DNA of 64,000 nucleotides from Candidatus Peribacteria bacterium (GTDB taxonomy: Bacteria; Patescibacteriota; Gracilibacteria; UBA1369; LOWO2-01-FULL-3): NCBI GenBank assembly GCA_943357285.1, contig CALRGJ010000006.1, forward strand, positions 10,428 to 74,427. Reading direction: 5' to 3'. Both the position numbers and the translations under genes were made by a program. How positions within the stretch are numbered: position 1 is the first letter of the stretch; each line of letters opens with the position of its first letter. Below, in pieces: positions 26,441 to 36,039 of the stretch. The notes beneath the pieces were generated by a model, which did not search any database, was not told where the DNA came from, and worked only from the letters and a program-made list of their open reading frames with translations.

Positions 26441-27377
26441 CAACTTCAGCTTCTTCTCTGGCGGTTAGCTCTTTTTCTTGTGTAACAGCAAGGAATGTAT
26501 AGGTCCATACTGTATATGAGAATATTTCGACTATACCTGTCAGGTATGCTGCGCCTATTAGTGCTATCAAACCAACAGTTCCACCAACAATTACACCTGT
26601 TACCGGGAGAGTTACTGTAGCCAAATATCCAGTAATTAGCACGATTAGAGCTGGAATTAAAAAAACCATTACAACTTGGATAATGATTCTTAATCCGATT
26701 ATTAACATTAAAACGCTAATCAAAAAGGTGTACTTCCAGTGCATTATTACCATTTTTGCACTCTTTTTCATTGCCGAGAAAATGGGTTCGTCATCTATCA
26801 CTATATAAAAGTCGGTATAAGTAAAAAGTAGGGTTAAAATAAAACCAATAATAATAAGTAAAATAAATATTGGTAGAAATATTTTGAAAAGTACCGGACC
26901 CAAATTCCTTAGAACGAAGGACATTTCCAGTAATATGGAGAAAAAGCCGAAAGTTTTTATAAGCAGGTGGTACTCAAGAAGTGGCAAAAACGACATCATT
27001 CCATTACGTAACCCGGTCCCAATACCTGCTTTTTGACCATTTTTATTTCTAGCTATAATTTGTATTGCCGCCGCTTTAGATAAAGTAGGGTACAAAAAGT
27101 ACAAAATTGCAAAAATAACCCCAAAAACTACTAGCGGCACTGTCAAAGAGAGGTTTTCTTTGATAAAAGCTATGATAAATCCAACTACTTGGCTTAAAAA
27201 GCTATGATCTTCACTAGTGAATAGGTAAGAAGACTTGAAAGCAAAGAATTGATAGGCTATGTATCCGACGCCTACAGTAGTAGTAAGTAGACAAGAGAAG
27301 AATCCAAACCATATAATCAATCTTTTATTGGATTGCGTATACTTCCAGGAGTCCGCTATTATTTGTCGGTAATTCAT
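26397..27377 (-). CDS. polytopic membrane protein, unknown function
   Basis: I prefer the ATG at 27377 (MNYRQIIADSWKYTQSNKR...); the track uses a TTG at 27413. It has 6 or more TM helices and an acidic C-terminal tail. The 3' end overlaps the convergent DUF3307 gene by 44 nt. Confidence 0.6.
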   Translation of the reverse strand: MNYRQIIADSWKYTQSNKRLIIWFGFFSCLLTTTVGVGYIAYQFFAFKSSYLFTSEDHSFLSQVVGFIIAFIKENLSLTVPLVVFGVIFAILYFLYPTLSKAAAIQIIARNKNGQKAGIGTGLRNGMMSFLPLLEYHLLIKTFGFFSILLEMSFVLRNLGPVLFKIFLPIFILLIIIGFILTLLFTYTDFYIVIDDEPIFSAMKKSAKMVIMHWKYTFLISVLMLIIGLRIIIQVVMVFLIPALIVLITGYLATVTLPVTGVIVGGTVGLIALIGAAYLTGIVEIFSYTVWTYTFLAVTQEKELTAREEAEVATEHEEIEQSNLEP

Positions 27378-27513
27378 ACCTAAGGATTCTATCCTTGACC
27401 CACTCAAAGTCAACAGAGCATTCTAAAATATCCTCAAAACTCAAGTTTCCCCTTGCCAAAAATCGGAATTATTAGTACAATTTTCATTGCGAAATTTTTT
27501 TTCCCCCAAAATA

Positions 27514-27777
27514 ATGAAACGAGACAAAAAGAAGAAGTTAATGACAAAACATGGTATCCACGAAAAGGATACTGGTTCCTCACAAGTACAGGTAGCAATT
27601 TTGACCGAAAGGATCAATGAGTTATCTGGACACTTAGAGTTACATCCTAAGGATGATCACTCTCGCCGTGGCCTACTCGGTATGGTAGGTAAACGTCGCA
27701 AACATTTGAACTATCTTCGTTTGCACGACAAGGTGGAGTATGAGAAACTTCTTAAGGATCTTAAACTTCGCAAATAA
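27514..27777 (+). CDS. rpsO: 30S ribosomal protein S15
   Basis: DTGSSQVQVAILTERINELSGHLELHPKDDHSRRGLLGMVGKRRKHLNYL. The ATG at 27514 gives the family-typical ~87 aa; the ORF track begins at a TTG at 27487. Confidence 0.95.
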   Translation: MKRDKKKKLMTKHGIHEKDTGSSQVQVAILTERINELSGHLELHPKDDHSRRGLLGMVGKRRKHLNYLRLHDKVEYEKLLKDLKLRK

Positions 27778-27845
27778 GACGTTCCTTAAAAAAATTGTTT
27801 TTTTAAACCCCTTGGAAACTGCATCTTAAGTCGCAGGATTTAGAG

Positions 27846-27873
27846 AATTATTGGCTCCGGCTAATAATTTTTT
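27846..27873 (+). terminator. rho-independent terminator/attenuator between rpsO and pnp
   Basis: AATTATTGGC-tccg-GCTAATAATT (one G-T pair) followed by a T-run. A second hairpin GGGATA-tactc-TATCCC lies in the pnp leader. Confidence 0.55.
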
Positions 27874-27939
27874 AAATCTTGTCACTTGAGAGCTTGAAGA
27901 TTCCGTGGGGGATATACTCTATCCCATAAGTTCTAAAAA

Positions 27940-30177
27940 ATGGAACCAAAAGAAGTAAAAATGGATCTCGCCGGTCGCGAGTTCCGTATCAGGAATTATC
28001 CTGTTTCCAGCTATGCGAATGGTTTTGCCCTAGTATCTCTAGGCGACACTGTCGTAATGGGTAATGCATCTATGAGCTCAAAAGGCAAAGCAGGTGCTGA
28101 CTTTTTCCCAATGTCTGTAGACTATGAAGAGAATATGTATGCTGCTGGTAAGATCAAAGGCAGCCGTTTTATCAAACGTGAAGGTAGACCATCCGAGAAC
28201 GCTGTTATGATTTCTCGTCTTATCGATCGTCCAATCAGACCACTTTTCCCAAAGGGTACTACAAACGAAGTTCAAATCATCTGTAGTGCACTTTCTGCTG
28301 ATCTAGAAGTAGATCCAGCTACTACTGCTATCAATGCTGCATCTGCTGCTTTAATGGTAAGTGGACTTCCTTTCTCAGGACCTGTCGGCGCTGTGCGCAT
28401 GGGTTATGTAAATGGAGAGCTAGTAGTAAATCCTACTTACGCACAGTGCGAAGAGGGAACTATGAACTTAGTAGTTGTAGGAACTCTCGATGCTATCACT
28501 ATGGTGGAAGCAGCGATGAAAGAAGTAACTGAAGAAGTTGTTCTTCAGGCTTTGGAAATGGCTCATAAATACATTAAACAAATTTGTGAACTTCAACTCG
28601 AATACGCTAAGAAATTCGAAGTGAAAAAAATTGAAGCTACAGTTGCTGCCTTCAATGAAGAAGCCGTAGAAGCTGTGAAAAGTTTTGTTACTGAAGACAT
28701 GTTGAATGTTAGCGGTATTACAAAAATGATTGTTAAAGAACAAATTCACGCTATTGAAGATAAGATTTTCGAAAAATTTGCTGCAGAAATAGCAGAAGGA
28801 AAATTCAGCCAAGGAGAAATTGCAGGCATTCTAAATAAGATGCTTGAAAAGAACATGAGAAAGAACATTCTTGAAAAAGAAACTCGTCTCGATGGTCGTA
28901 AGTTGACTGAAATTCGTCCTATTAGTATCGAACTAGACGTACTTCCACGTGTACATGGATCTGCAATTTTCCAAAGAGGTGAGACTATGGCTTTGACTAT
29001 CACTACTCTCGGTGGTCCTGGCGATGCTCAAATTGTTGATACTATGGAAAGAGACGTTACAAAGAGATATTTCCACCATTATCACTTCCCACCATTTGCT
29101 ACAGGCGATATCAAACCACAACGTGGTCCAGGTCGTCGTGAAATCGGACATGGAGATCTTGGAGAAAGAGCTCTTATCCCAATGCTTCCAAGTGCTGCAG
29201 AATTCCCATACACAATGTGGTTAGTTTCCGAAGTAACTAGATGTAATGGATCTAGCTCAATGGCATCCGTTTGCGGATCAAGCCTTTCACTTATGTGTGC
29301 CGGTGTTCCATTGAAGAAACCAGTTGCCGGTATTGCTATGGGTCTTGTATCTAATCCTGAAAATGGAGATTACAAGATTTTGAGCGATATCCAGGGTATG
29401 GAAGATTTTGCTGGAGACATGGATTTCAAAGTAGCTGGTACTAAAGATGGTATAACTGCTCTTCAAATGGATATTAAGATCAAGGGTCTTTCACTAGACC
29501 TTATGCGTAAGGCTTTGGCACAGGCTCACGAAGGTCGTACTTTCATTCTAGACAGTATGAACGCTGTGTTACCTGAAGCTCGTAAGAAGCTTTCTAAGTA
29601 CGCTCCATTGATTATGAATATCAATATCGATCCAGAAATGATTCGTGTTGTTATTGGTAAAGGCGGAGAAACTATTCAGAAGATCACTAAAGAATGTGGT
29701 GTTGAAATGGATATTGCTGACGAGGGTATTGTTACAATTACTGCTCCAGACCAAGTATCTGGAGAAAAAGCTGTAGAATGGGTAAAGAAACTTACATACG
29801 TGCCAAAAGTTGGTGATGTATTCGAAGGTACAGTAGTAAAAGTTATGGAATTCGGAGCTTTTGTAGAAATGACACCAGGTAAAGATGGTTTAGTTCACAT
29901 TTCTGAATTAGATACTAAACGTGTAAACAAAGTAGAAGACGTAGTGAAAATGGGAGATAAACTCAAAGTTAAATTGATGAAGATCGACGACCAAGGTCGT
30001 TACAATTTGTCACACAAAGCTGTAATGGAAGCTCCAGCAGCTGGTGGAATGAATGGCCAGGCTTCTGCAGCTTTTGCTAAACAGGACCAAGGAGCGCCAG
30101 ACCAAGGCAAAGGAGGTCAGGGACCAATCGTTGAGGGTACAAGACATGTTAGGAAAGTAAACGGAGATGAAAGATAG
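27940..30177 (+). CDS. pnp: polyribonucleotide nucleotidyltransferase (PNPase)
   Basis: Two RNase PH-like halves, a KH domain (GKGGETIQKITKECG) and an S1 domain (VGDVFEGTVVKVMEFGAFVE), plus a Gly/Gln-rich C-terminal tail. Confidence 0.97.
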   Translation: MEPKEVKMDLAGREFRIRNYPVSSYANGFALVSLGDTVVMGNASMSSKGKAGADFFPMSVDYEENMYAAGKIKGSRFIKREGRPSENAVMISRLIDRPIRPLFPKGTTNEVQIICSALSADLEVDPATTAINAASAALMVSGLPFSGPVGAVRMGYVNGELVVNPTYAQCEEGTMNLVVVGTLDAITMVEAAMKEVTEEVVLQALEMAHKYIKQICELQLEYAKKFEVKKIEATVAAFNEEAVEAVKSFVTEDMLNVSGITKMIVKEQIHAIEDKIFEKFAAEIAEGKFSQGEIAGILNKMLEKNMRKNILEKETRLDGRKLTEIRPISIELDVLPRVHGSAIFQRGETMALTITTLGGPGDAQIVDTMERDVTKRYFHHYHFPPFATGDIKPQRGPGRREIGHGDLGERALIPMLPSAAEFPYTMWLVSEVTRCNGSSSMASVCGSSLSLMCAGVPLKKPVAGIAMGLVSNPENGDYKILSDIQGMEDFAGDMDFKVAGTKDGITALQMDIKIKGLSLDLMRKALAQAHEGRTFILDSMNAVLPEARKKLSKYAPLIMNINIDPEMIRVVIGKGGETIQKITKECGVEMDIADEGIVTITAPDQVSGEKAVEWVKKLTYVPKVGDVFEGTVVKVMEFGAFVEMTPGKDGLVHISELDTKRVNKVEDVVKMGDKLKVKLMKIDDQGRYNLSHKAVMEAPAAGGMNGQASAAFAKQDQGAPDQGKGGQGPIVEGTRHVRKVNGDER

Positions 30178-30207
30178 AAGTCTCTGTAATTGATGTTGAC
30201 CTAATGG

Positions 30208-30239
30208 GCGAGGATAATTATATTGTCCTCGCTCGTTTT
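30208..30239 (+). terminator. terminator after pnp
   Basis: GCGAGGA-taattatattg-TCCTCGC followed by tcgtttt. Confidence 0.5.
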
Positions 30240-30269
30240 AAATCAGCGGGCTCTCAAAATTGACAATAA

Positions 30270-30344
30270 GCGAGTATCGTATAATGGCTATTACGTTGCC
30301 TTGCCAAGGCAAAGACACGAGTTCGATTCTCGTTACTCGCTCCA
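30270..30344 (+). tRNA. tRNA-Gly (anticodon GCC), CCA encoded
   Basis: The cloverleaf folds by hand. Acceptor GCGAGTA/TACTCGC; anticodon stem TTGCC/GGCAA with loop TTGCCAA; T-arm ACGAG-TTCGATT-CTCGT; 3' TCCA. Confidence 0.9.
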
Positions 30345-30346
30345 GA

Positions 30347-30850
30347 CTAGTTATTTAACTTAAATCCAATTTTAGTTTTGTGATCATCTGGATCAGGATT
30401 TGCCAATTCTTCAATTATTTTCCAAACTTTTTTAAATTCCCTATCAGTTTTACTACTTTGTTTCAAAACAAAGCTGCGAATTTCAGAAGTTAATACATTG
30501 CGGAGTCTGACAAAAGCTCTAACCACCTCTATGCTCATCTGAATTGCACGTTTACTTTTGAGTACACTCGCCAGCATTATTGCACCATGCTCAGTAAACA
30601 CAAATGGCATGTATCTGCGGCCTCCGTAACTTGAGGTCACAATTTGTGACCTCAAGTTTGAGTATTCACTCACTGTTAATTGAAACATAAAATCATCAGG
30701 AAATCTTTCCCTATTCCTCTTAATAGCTTGGTTCATTACTTTTGTCTCAACACCATAAATTTTTGCCAAATCTTCATCTAGCAAAACTCTCAGCCCGCGT
30801 ACAATAGAGATCGTAGGAATGGTTTTCATCGGAGAAAAATCGGAAATCAT
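30347..30850 (-). CDS. ORF6N domain-containing protein
   Basis: VRGLRVLLDEDLAKIYGVETKVMNQAIKRNRERFPDDFMFQLT matches the ORF6N/KilA-N-related DNA-binding domain. Its stop codon lies 2 nt from the tRNA 3' end. Confidence 0.8.
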   Translation of the reverse strand: MISDFSPMKTIPTISIVRGLRVLLDEDLAKIYGVETKVMNQAIKRNRERFPDDFMFQLTVSEYSNLRSQIVTSSYGGRRYMPFVFTEHGAIMLASVLKSKRAIQMSIEVVRAFVRLRNVLTSEIRSFVLKQSSKTDREFKKVWKIIEELANPDPDDHKTKIGFKLNN

Positions 30851-31104
30851 CGCAGCTGTGATTAGAATATCAATACAGAAGACCTTCGCATTAGCTTCGT
30901 TATCGATATTATTAGCGCTAATTCCAATCTATTTCTTCTCAAAGAATCTGGCAAAAGAGGAGTTGGTATAAATATTGAGCCACCTGCTAAATAGTCCGCC
31001 AGATACATTTTTTGAATTACCCATCGACAAGAACCGTAATACCTGCTAACCTATCTAAGCAAGTGACATTTCGTCATCTGCATCTATCTAATAACGTCAA
31101 AAAT

Positions 31105-31311
31105 ATGACAGGAAAGATCAAGAAGATCACAGATAAAGGCTTCGGCTTTATCACAGGAGAGGGCTTACAGAAGGATTTATTCTTCCACAGCAACTCACTA
31201 GTTGGAGTAACTTTCAACGAACTTAGAGAAGGAGACGAAGTTTCTTTCGAGACAGAAGAATCCCCAAAAGGATTGAACGCTGTTAATGTTCAATTAGTTG
31301 GACAGGCTTAA
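31105..31311 (+). CDS. cold-shock domain protein
   Basis: The ATG at 31105 gives 68 aa: MTGKIKKITDKGFGFITGEG..DLFFHSNSL. The RNP1-like KGFGFI and an RNP2-like motif are present. The longer ORF in the track (from 31012) is probably 5' UTR. Confidence 0.9.
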   Translation: MTGKIKKITDKGFGFITGEGLQKDLFFHSNSLVGVTFNELREGDEVSFETEESPKGLNAVNVQLVGQA

Positions 31312-31325
31312 TAAGCTATATTAAA

Positions 31326-31356
31326 AGCCACTACCGAAAGGTAGTGGCCTTTTTTT
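31326..31356 (+). terminator. rho-independent terminator of the csp gene
   Basis: GCCACTACC-gaaa-GGTAGTGGC followed by cTTTTTTTT. Confidence 0.8.
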
Positions 31357-31399
31357 TGTAAAAAGTTTACACTCAGCCTACTCCTCATTACAAAAAAAC

Positions 31400-32392
31400 A
31401 TGAAAATCCCTGAACATCCCTTTAGTTGGAAAGCGCTAATTCGTATTTTAACTATGGGAGTTTTAGTAATGCTAGCCTCAAAGGCTAGTGGTGCTTTTGT
31501 TATTATTCTAATTGCTATAGTGATGGCAGTATCACTTCATCCTATGGCAAAGTTATTAACCAAAAAAACTGGAATGCCATTTCTGGCTTCAATATTTATT
31601 GTGCTCACTATTATTTTGGTTCCATTTGTTTTCTTAGGTTTTAGTTTTATTCCTTCTATCATTGAGCAGTTTCCAGATTTGGTAAAAGTGATTAGTTCTA
31701 TCATTTCAAATTTAACCTTCCTTCCTCCTTCATTAGCCAATTTCAACCTTAGTCAGTTTTTAGAGGCCAACTACGGCTCACTTTTGGCATCCACTCAAAC
31801 TATCGCCATGTTCTTTTTTAATCTTCTTACAGTGGTGATTATGACAATTTATTTTATTTATGAATATGATCAGCTAATAGAGTTATTGCTGAATCGTTTT
31901 CCTACTCACAAAAAAACTAAATTAAAGGCACTACTACAGGAAATAGCAGAGGTAATGGGTAAGTATATTAGAGGACATCTTCTTATTTCTTTTATCTGTG
32001 GTCTGGTGAATTACATTGGTTTTACACTTATTGGAATTCCATTTGCATTACCATTGGCTATTCTCTGTGGAATTTTAGATTTGCTCCCTATTGTCGGACA
32101 AAGTATTGGAGCCATACCAGTATTAATTATTGGTTTTAGTATTTCTCCTATGAAAGGAGTTTTAGTCCTTATCCTAAATATCGCTTATCAACAACTTGAG
32201 AATGCTTTTATTGCGCCACTCATATACAAAAAAGTTCTAAAACTTTACCCATCTATAATTATGGTTTCGGTAATTATTGGTGGAAGTTTATTCGGAATAT
32301 TGGGAGCATTCTTAGCTCTTCCTGTTGCCGCAGTAATTCCGGTCGTGATCAAATATAACAATGATTATGAAAAGGATATGGCCAGAAAATAG
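31400..32392 (+). CDS. AI-2E family transporter (PerM/UPF0118-like permease)
   Basis: About 8 TM helices. The central loop (KYIRGHLLISFICGLVNYIGFTLIGIPFALPLAILCGILDLLPIVGQSIG) is typical of the family. Confidence 0.8.
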   Translation: MKIPEHPFSWKALIRILTMGVLVMLASKASGAFVIILIAIVMAVSLHPMAKLLTKKTGMPFLASIFIVLTIILVPFVFLGFSFIPSIIEQFPDLVKVISSIISNLTFLPPSLANFNLSQFLEANYGSLLASTQTIAMFFFNLLTVVIMTIYFIYEYDQLIELLLNRFPTHKKTKLKALLQEIAEVMGKYIRGHLLISFICGLVNYIGFTLIGIPFALPLAILCGILDLLPIVGQSIGAIPVLIIGFSISPMKGVLVLILNIAYQQLENAFIAPLIYKKVLKLYPSIIMVSVIIGGSLFGILGAFLALPVAAVIPVVIKYNNDYEKDMARK

Positions 32393-32394
32393 TA

Positions 32395-33687
32395 TTATTT
32401 TTTTCTGATCAAAATATAATAAACTCCTGATCCCATCAATAAAATTAAAATAAAAATCTTTAAAACCAAGATGTTGTTTTTTTCCTCAGTGATGATTCTA
32501 TCATCCTCAACAATCTTACTCTCATCATTTCCCATAACTTTAAATACGGCATCGGCATAAACTTCTTCTCCCATTACTTCGCTAGTAACTCGAATTCTAT
32601 ATATTCCAGCTTTAGTACCTGGTTGTAGATCAATTGGAAGTCTCACTATTGTTCCTTCTTTTGGATCGGCATTGGCAAACCCTTCACCATATAAGGCACC
32701 ATCAATGTTGAAAATTTTATATTCAATTTTGATTGGATATTTCACATTTTCATCATATCGGTAGAAATTTATATCCAGATTGAATGGCTTTTGATTTGGA
32801 ACAGGTTGGTAGCCTGGAGTGAGAGACAAAGATAGTGGATTTTCTTTTGTAATCTTTTTATCCTGATGCCTTACGATGAAAGGAATTTTTTTGGTAGAAA
32901 TTAATTCATCTGTTCCTTGTGTTTTTATAATTACATTGAACACATGCTCTCCAACCTCAATAGGTTTTGGAGGAGACCAAAACCAATCTCCATTTTGATC
33001 TGCAAAAATTACATCTTTTTGAACACGACTAAACATGGTTATTTCCAGTTTTGCAAATGGAACCGTTTTTCCGGTAAAAATAATTGGTTTATTTGCATAT
33101 AGATTGATTTCCTCATTTTCCGATACCTTGTCAATATTGAGGGATACTATATTCTTCAAAACTGTATCCGAATATCCATCATCTGTTACTTCAGTTCTTA
33201 CAATTTTAGGTAAAAAAGGATCAAGATAGTGTTCCACTATATCGGGCTCAACATATGGTTCGAGAGTTTTATCATCAAATAAATACTTCTTGTCATTATC
33301 AATGACAATTTTTGTAGTTTCTTTAACTGGAGCTACTACGACAATTTTAACCAAATCTTCCTTTATCACTGGTACAACAGGCAAAATCTCGGTATTGGTC
33401 AATTCAGTATCCGGTGTCTCAATATTATCTGTGGCTTTATCAGGTGTAGGAGTCTTCTTAACAGTTGGTTTACTATAAGTTGCTGGAAAGGATCCTCCAC
33501 CGCCATTTGAGTTTGTCACCTCGGGCTCATCCTCGATTGCTACAATAGTAGGGGGGACCGTGGCTGAAAGATTAACAACTTCTGCTAAAAAGCTGTCACC
33601 CCTTATAGCACCATCATTCACTACTAAATATATTGACCCGTAAAGAGTCATAGCCGCGATTAGCAATATTGGAAGTTTTTTTTGCAT
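32395..33687 (-). CDS. secreted beta-rich protein with Pro/Thr linker and C-terminal TM anchor
   Basis: N-terminal signal/anchor, a GGGGS and PT-rich linker, Ig-like beta segments, and a C-terminal LVLKIFILILLMGSGVYYILIRKK. It is divergent from the surface cluster across a 136-bp shared region. Confidence 0.6.
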   Translation of the reverse strand: MQKKLPILLIAAMTLYGSIYLVVNDGAIRGDSFLAEVVNLSATVPPTIVAIEDEPEVTNSNGGGGSFPATYSKPTVKKTPTPDKATDNIETPDTELTNTEILPVVPVIKEDLVKIVVVAPVKETTKIVIDNDKKYLFDDKTLEPYVEPDIVEHYLDPFLPKIVRTEVTDDGYSDTVLKNIVSLNIDKVSENEEINLYANKPIIFTGKTVPFAKLEITMFSRVQKDVIFADQNGDWFWSPPKPIEVGEHVFNVIIKTQGTDELISTKKIPFIVRHQDKKITKENPLSLSLTPGYQPVPNQKPFNLDINFYRYDENVKYPIKIEYKIFNIDGALYGEGFANADPKEGTIVRLPIDLQPGTKAGIYRIRVTSEVMGEEVYADAVFKVMGNDESKIVEDDRIITEEKNNILVLKIFILILLMGSGVYYILIRKK

Positions 33688-33823
33688 GTCTCAACTATCT
33701 CAAATAATTAGATGGCACACAAGTTTATGCGAATAAACACCGTTTTGGCACTCATATTTGCAATTTTAGTGAATTTATGATAAAATTACATGATAAAACA
33801 AAAAAAATAACATAAATACCACA

Positions 33824-34873
33824 ATGAATACCTTGAGAAAATTAGTTTCAAAAATCACCATTCTTGGACTGGTAATGACCTTGATGACTCCTAATATTTC
33901 TCGGGCTGCAAGTTTAACCAGCGCTCAAGACCAGCTTTCAACTAACAAAGCCTCGATAGCGGCAAATCATACTATTTATTTTGTTACACCTACAGGAATT
34001 ATGGGTGGGCAAACTATGGAAATAACCATGACTAACTTTGCCGTTCCGGCAGCAATGAGTTTTGCAGATATGGATTTAGCGGAGGGATCTACCGGTACTT
34101 GCTCCACAGCCTCATATTCCGAGCAAACTCTTGCCGCTTCAGCCAGTGGTACTACATGGGGAGCAGTATCTAGTGATGTAACAGATACATTTATGTTTAC
34201 TGCTGGATCCTCAGGGATTACAGCCGGTAGATGTGTAAGAATTAAAATTGGTACTAATGCAACAGGTGGTACTTACCAGATCGTTAATGGTGCAGTGGGA
34301 AGCCAAAATATTCTCATAGGCGGAGGTTCCAGCACTATGGCTGATTCTACTTATATTGCAGTAGCAATGGTTACTGATCCGCAAGTAGATCTATCTGCTT
34401 ATGTTGGTTCAAGTTTGACCATGACTCTAAGCTCGACTAGCGTCAGTATTGGAGCCTTATCATCTAGCTCAACAAACGAGACAGGAAGCACCATTGTAAC
34501 AATCAATTCAAATTCGAATAGTGGGTACTTCCTTAAGTATAATGCTTCAAATCTGACAAACCAATCTGCCTATAGTCTTGCAGCACTGTCATCCAAAACA
34601 GCTGCAGCTCCTGGTACTGAGCAATGGGGTCTTAATGCTGCTTCAGTCAATAACGCGGCTTCAGGATCAGATTCACTAGGTAGCGCGGATTCCAATTATG
34701 GTACAGCCAGCTCCTATATGGTAGTTCCAAGCGTAGATACCTTACTTGCCTCTGCAAGTGGCACGGCCCAGAGTCATGCATATACGGTGACATATGGTGT
34801 GGATATTAGCGCTCTTACTCCTTCTGGTAGTTATACCGGTACAGTAGATTATCTTGTTTATGGAGCGTTCTAA
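33824..34873 (+). CDS. secreted Ser/Thr/Ala-rich surface subunit with WxL-like C-terminal module
   Basis: Signal peptide (..NISRAAS). The C-terminal ~155 aa (SSLTMTLSSTSVSIGAL...NSGYFLKY...GTEQWGLNA...YTGTVDYLVYGAF-stop) are shared with the 958-aa protein. Confidence 0.7.
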   Translation: MNTLRKLVSKITILGLVMTLMTPNISRAASLTSAQDQLSTNKASIAANHTIYFVTPTGIMGGQTMEITMTNFAVPAAMSFADMDLAEGSTGTCSTASYSEQTLAASASGTTWGAVSSDVTDTFMFTAGSSGITAGRCVRIKIGTNATGGTYQIVNGAVGSQNILIGGGSSTMADSTYIAVAMVTDPQVDLSAYVGSSLTMTLSSTSVSIGALSSSSTNETGSTIVTINSNSNSGYFLKYNASNLTNQSAYSLAALSSKTAAAPGTEQWGLNAASVNNAASGSDSLGSADSNYGTASSYMVVPSVDTLLASASGTAQSHAYTVTYGVDISALTPSGSYTGTVDYLVYGAF

Positions 34874-35022
34874 AAAGTGTTAATTAAGACAATAATTGTC
34901 CAATTAAGAATCGCGGTTTTCCTCATCAGTAAGCCAAAATTTTAAGTTTTTGTTGTATTGATTTTTGATATCAAAAAGGATAGTCTGAGGTAGACGAAAT
35001 ATTTAGACGTAAACCCTCATTC

Positions 35023-36039
35023 ATGTCTTCCTTTTTTAAAAAGCTTTTGCTAACGTTGAGTGCTTTTTCTATTTCTGTATGTTTTTTGAATACCGCTTTT
35101 GCCGATGGAGTAAATATTGGAGTGAGTCCACTTATTATTGAGCTCAAAGCAAATCCAGGAGAAACAGTCTCAGAAAAAGTAAAAATCAATGTAGGGAAAG
35201 ATAGTAAGGGAACGTCATTAGCAACAAGGGTAAGAGATTTTTATTATGATGAAAATGATGAACTCCAATTTTTGACTCCTGAAGAAGAGGAAGATCCGGA
35301 TTTGAAGCAATTTGCTCTTAAGAGTTGGTTGAGTGTAGATCAGGAGATTACTTTTGATAGTAAAGGTGAAAGAGATGTTTCAGTCACAATCAAAGTTCCG
35401 AAAGATGCTTCACCGGGAGGAAGATATGGAATGGTCCTCTTTTCAAAAAGCTCAGGACCTTCACAAGGTGGGGGGTCTAACGTTGGGGTGGGAGGACAGG
35501 TGGGTGTGATGATTTTGGTAACGGTGAATGGTGAATATTCTAGTGGGGGAAGTATTTCTGAAGAATTAAAATCAGGTAGTCTTTCTAAGGATGGCAAAAC
35601 TTTTGATTCTCACAAAATATTTAGCGGTGGATCTCTATTCAAAAACGGTCCAATTGATTTCAAATTTCGCTTTTTAAATAATTCGGCTACTCATGTTGTG
35701 CCTAAGGGATCTATTACTGTTAAAAATATTTTTGGAGGATTGGTAGGAAAATTTGATATACAAGGGAAGAGGGTATTTCCTGGAGTTTCCAGATCACTTT
35801 ACGGTACTTTAGATAAAAACTTTCTCTTTGGAATATATAAGGCCGATTTGGAATTAACTGACGGAGATGGAAATGTTCATAATTCAGGAACATTTTTTAT
35901 TGGGTTTCCACTGAAACTAGTTGTGCTAATTTTATTATTCTTTGGCGCAATTTTCATGTTCTTTAAATATTACAATAAGTGGCTGATTAATAAGGCTTTA
36001 AAACAATATGGGAAAAGTTCTAAAAATAAAAAGATATAG
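35023..36039 (+). CDS. cell-surface protein, DUF916/DUF3324 (CscA)-like architecture with C-terminal TM anchor
   Basis: Signal peptide (AFA|DG). Beta-sandwich-like segments carry PGET...KVKIN and VPKDASPGGRYGMVLFS motifs. The C-terminal TM (LKLVVLILLFFGAIFMFF) is followed by a Lys-rich tail. Confidence 0.6.
   Translation: MSSFFKKLLLTLSAFSISVCFLNTAFADGVNIGVSPLIIELKANPGETVSEKVKINVGKDSKGTSLATRVRDFYYDENDELQFLTPEEEEDPDLKQFALKSWLSVDQEITFDSKGERDVSVTIKVPKDASPGGRYGMVLFSKSSGPSQGGGSNVGVGGQVGVMILVTVNGEYSSGGSISEELKSGSLSKDGKTFDSHKIFSGGSLFKNGPIDFKFRFLNNSATHVVPKGSITVKNIFGGLVGKFDIQGKRVFPGVSRSLYGTLDKNFLFGIYKADLELTDGDGNVHNSGTFFIGFPLKLVVLILLFFGAIFMFFKYYNKWLINKALKQYGKSSKNKKI

Noticed and set aside
30345-31010. 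Integrated prophage or island at tRNA-Gly
   Set aside because: Only a single ORF6N gene is present. There is no integrase, and I could not find a duplicated tRNA 3' segment downstream.
34962-34977. 16-bp perfect palindrome TTTTTGATATCAAAAA upstream of the DUF916-like gene
   Set aside because: It is an A/T-only palindrome in AT-rich intergenic DNA, so it is plausible by chance. It could be an operator, but there is no supporting evidence.
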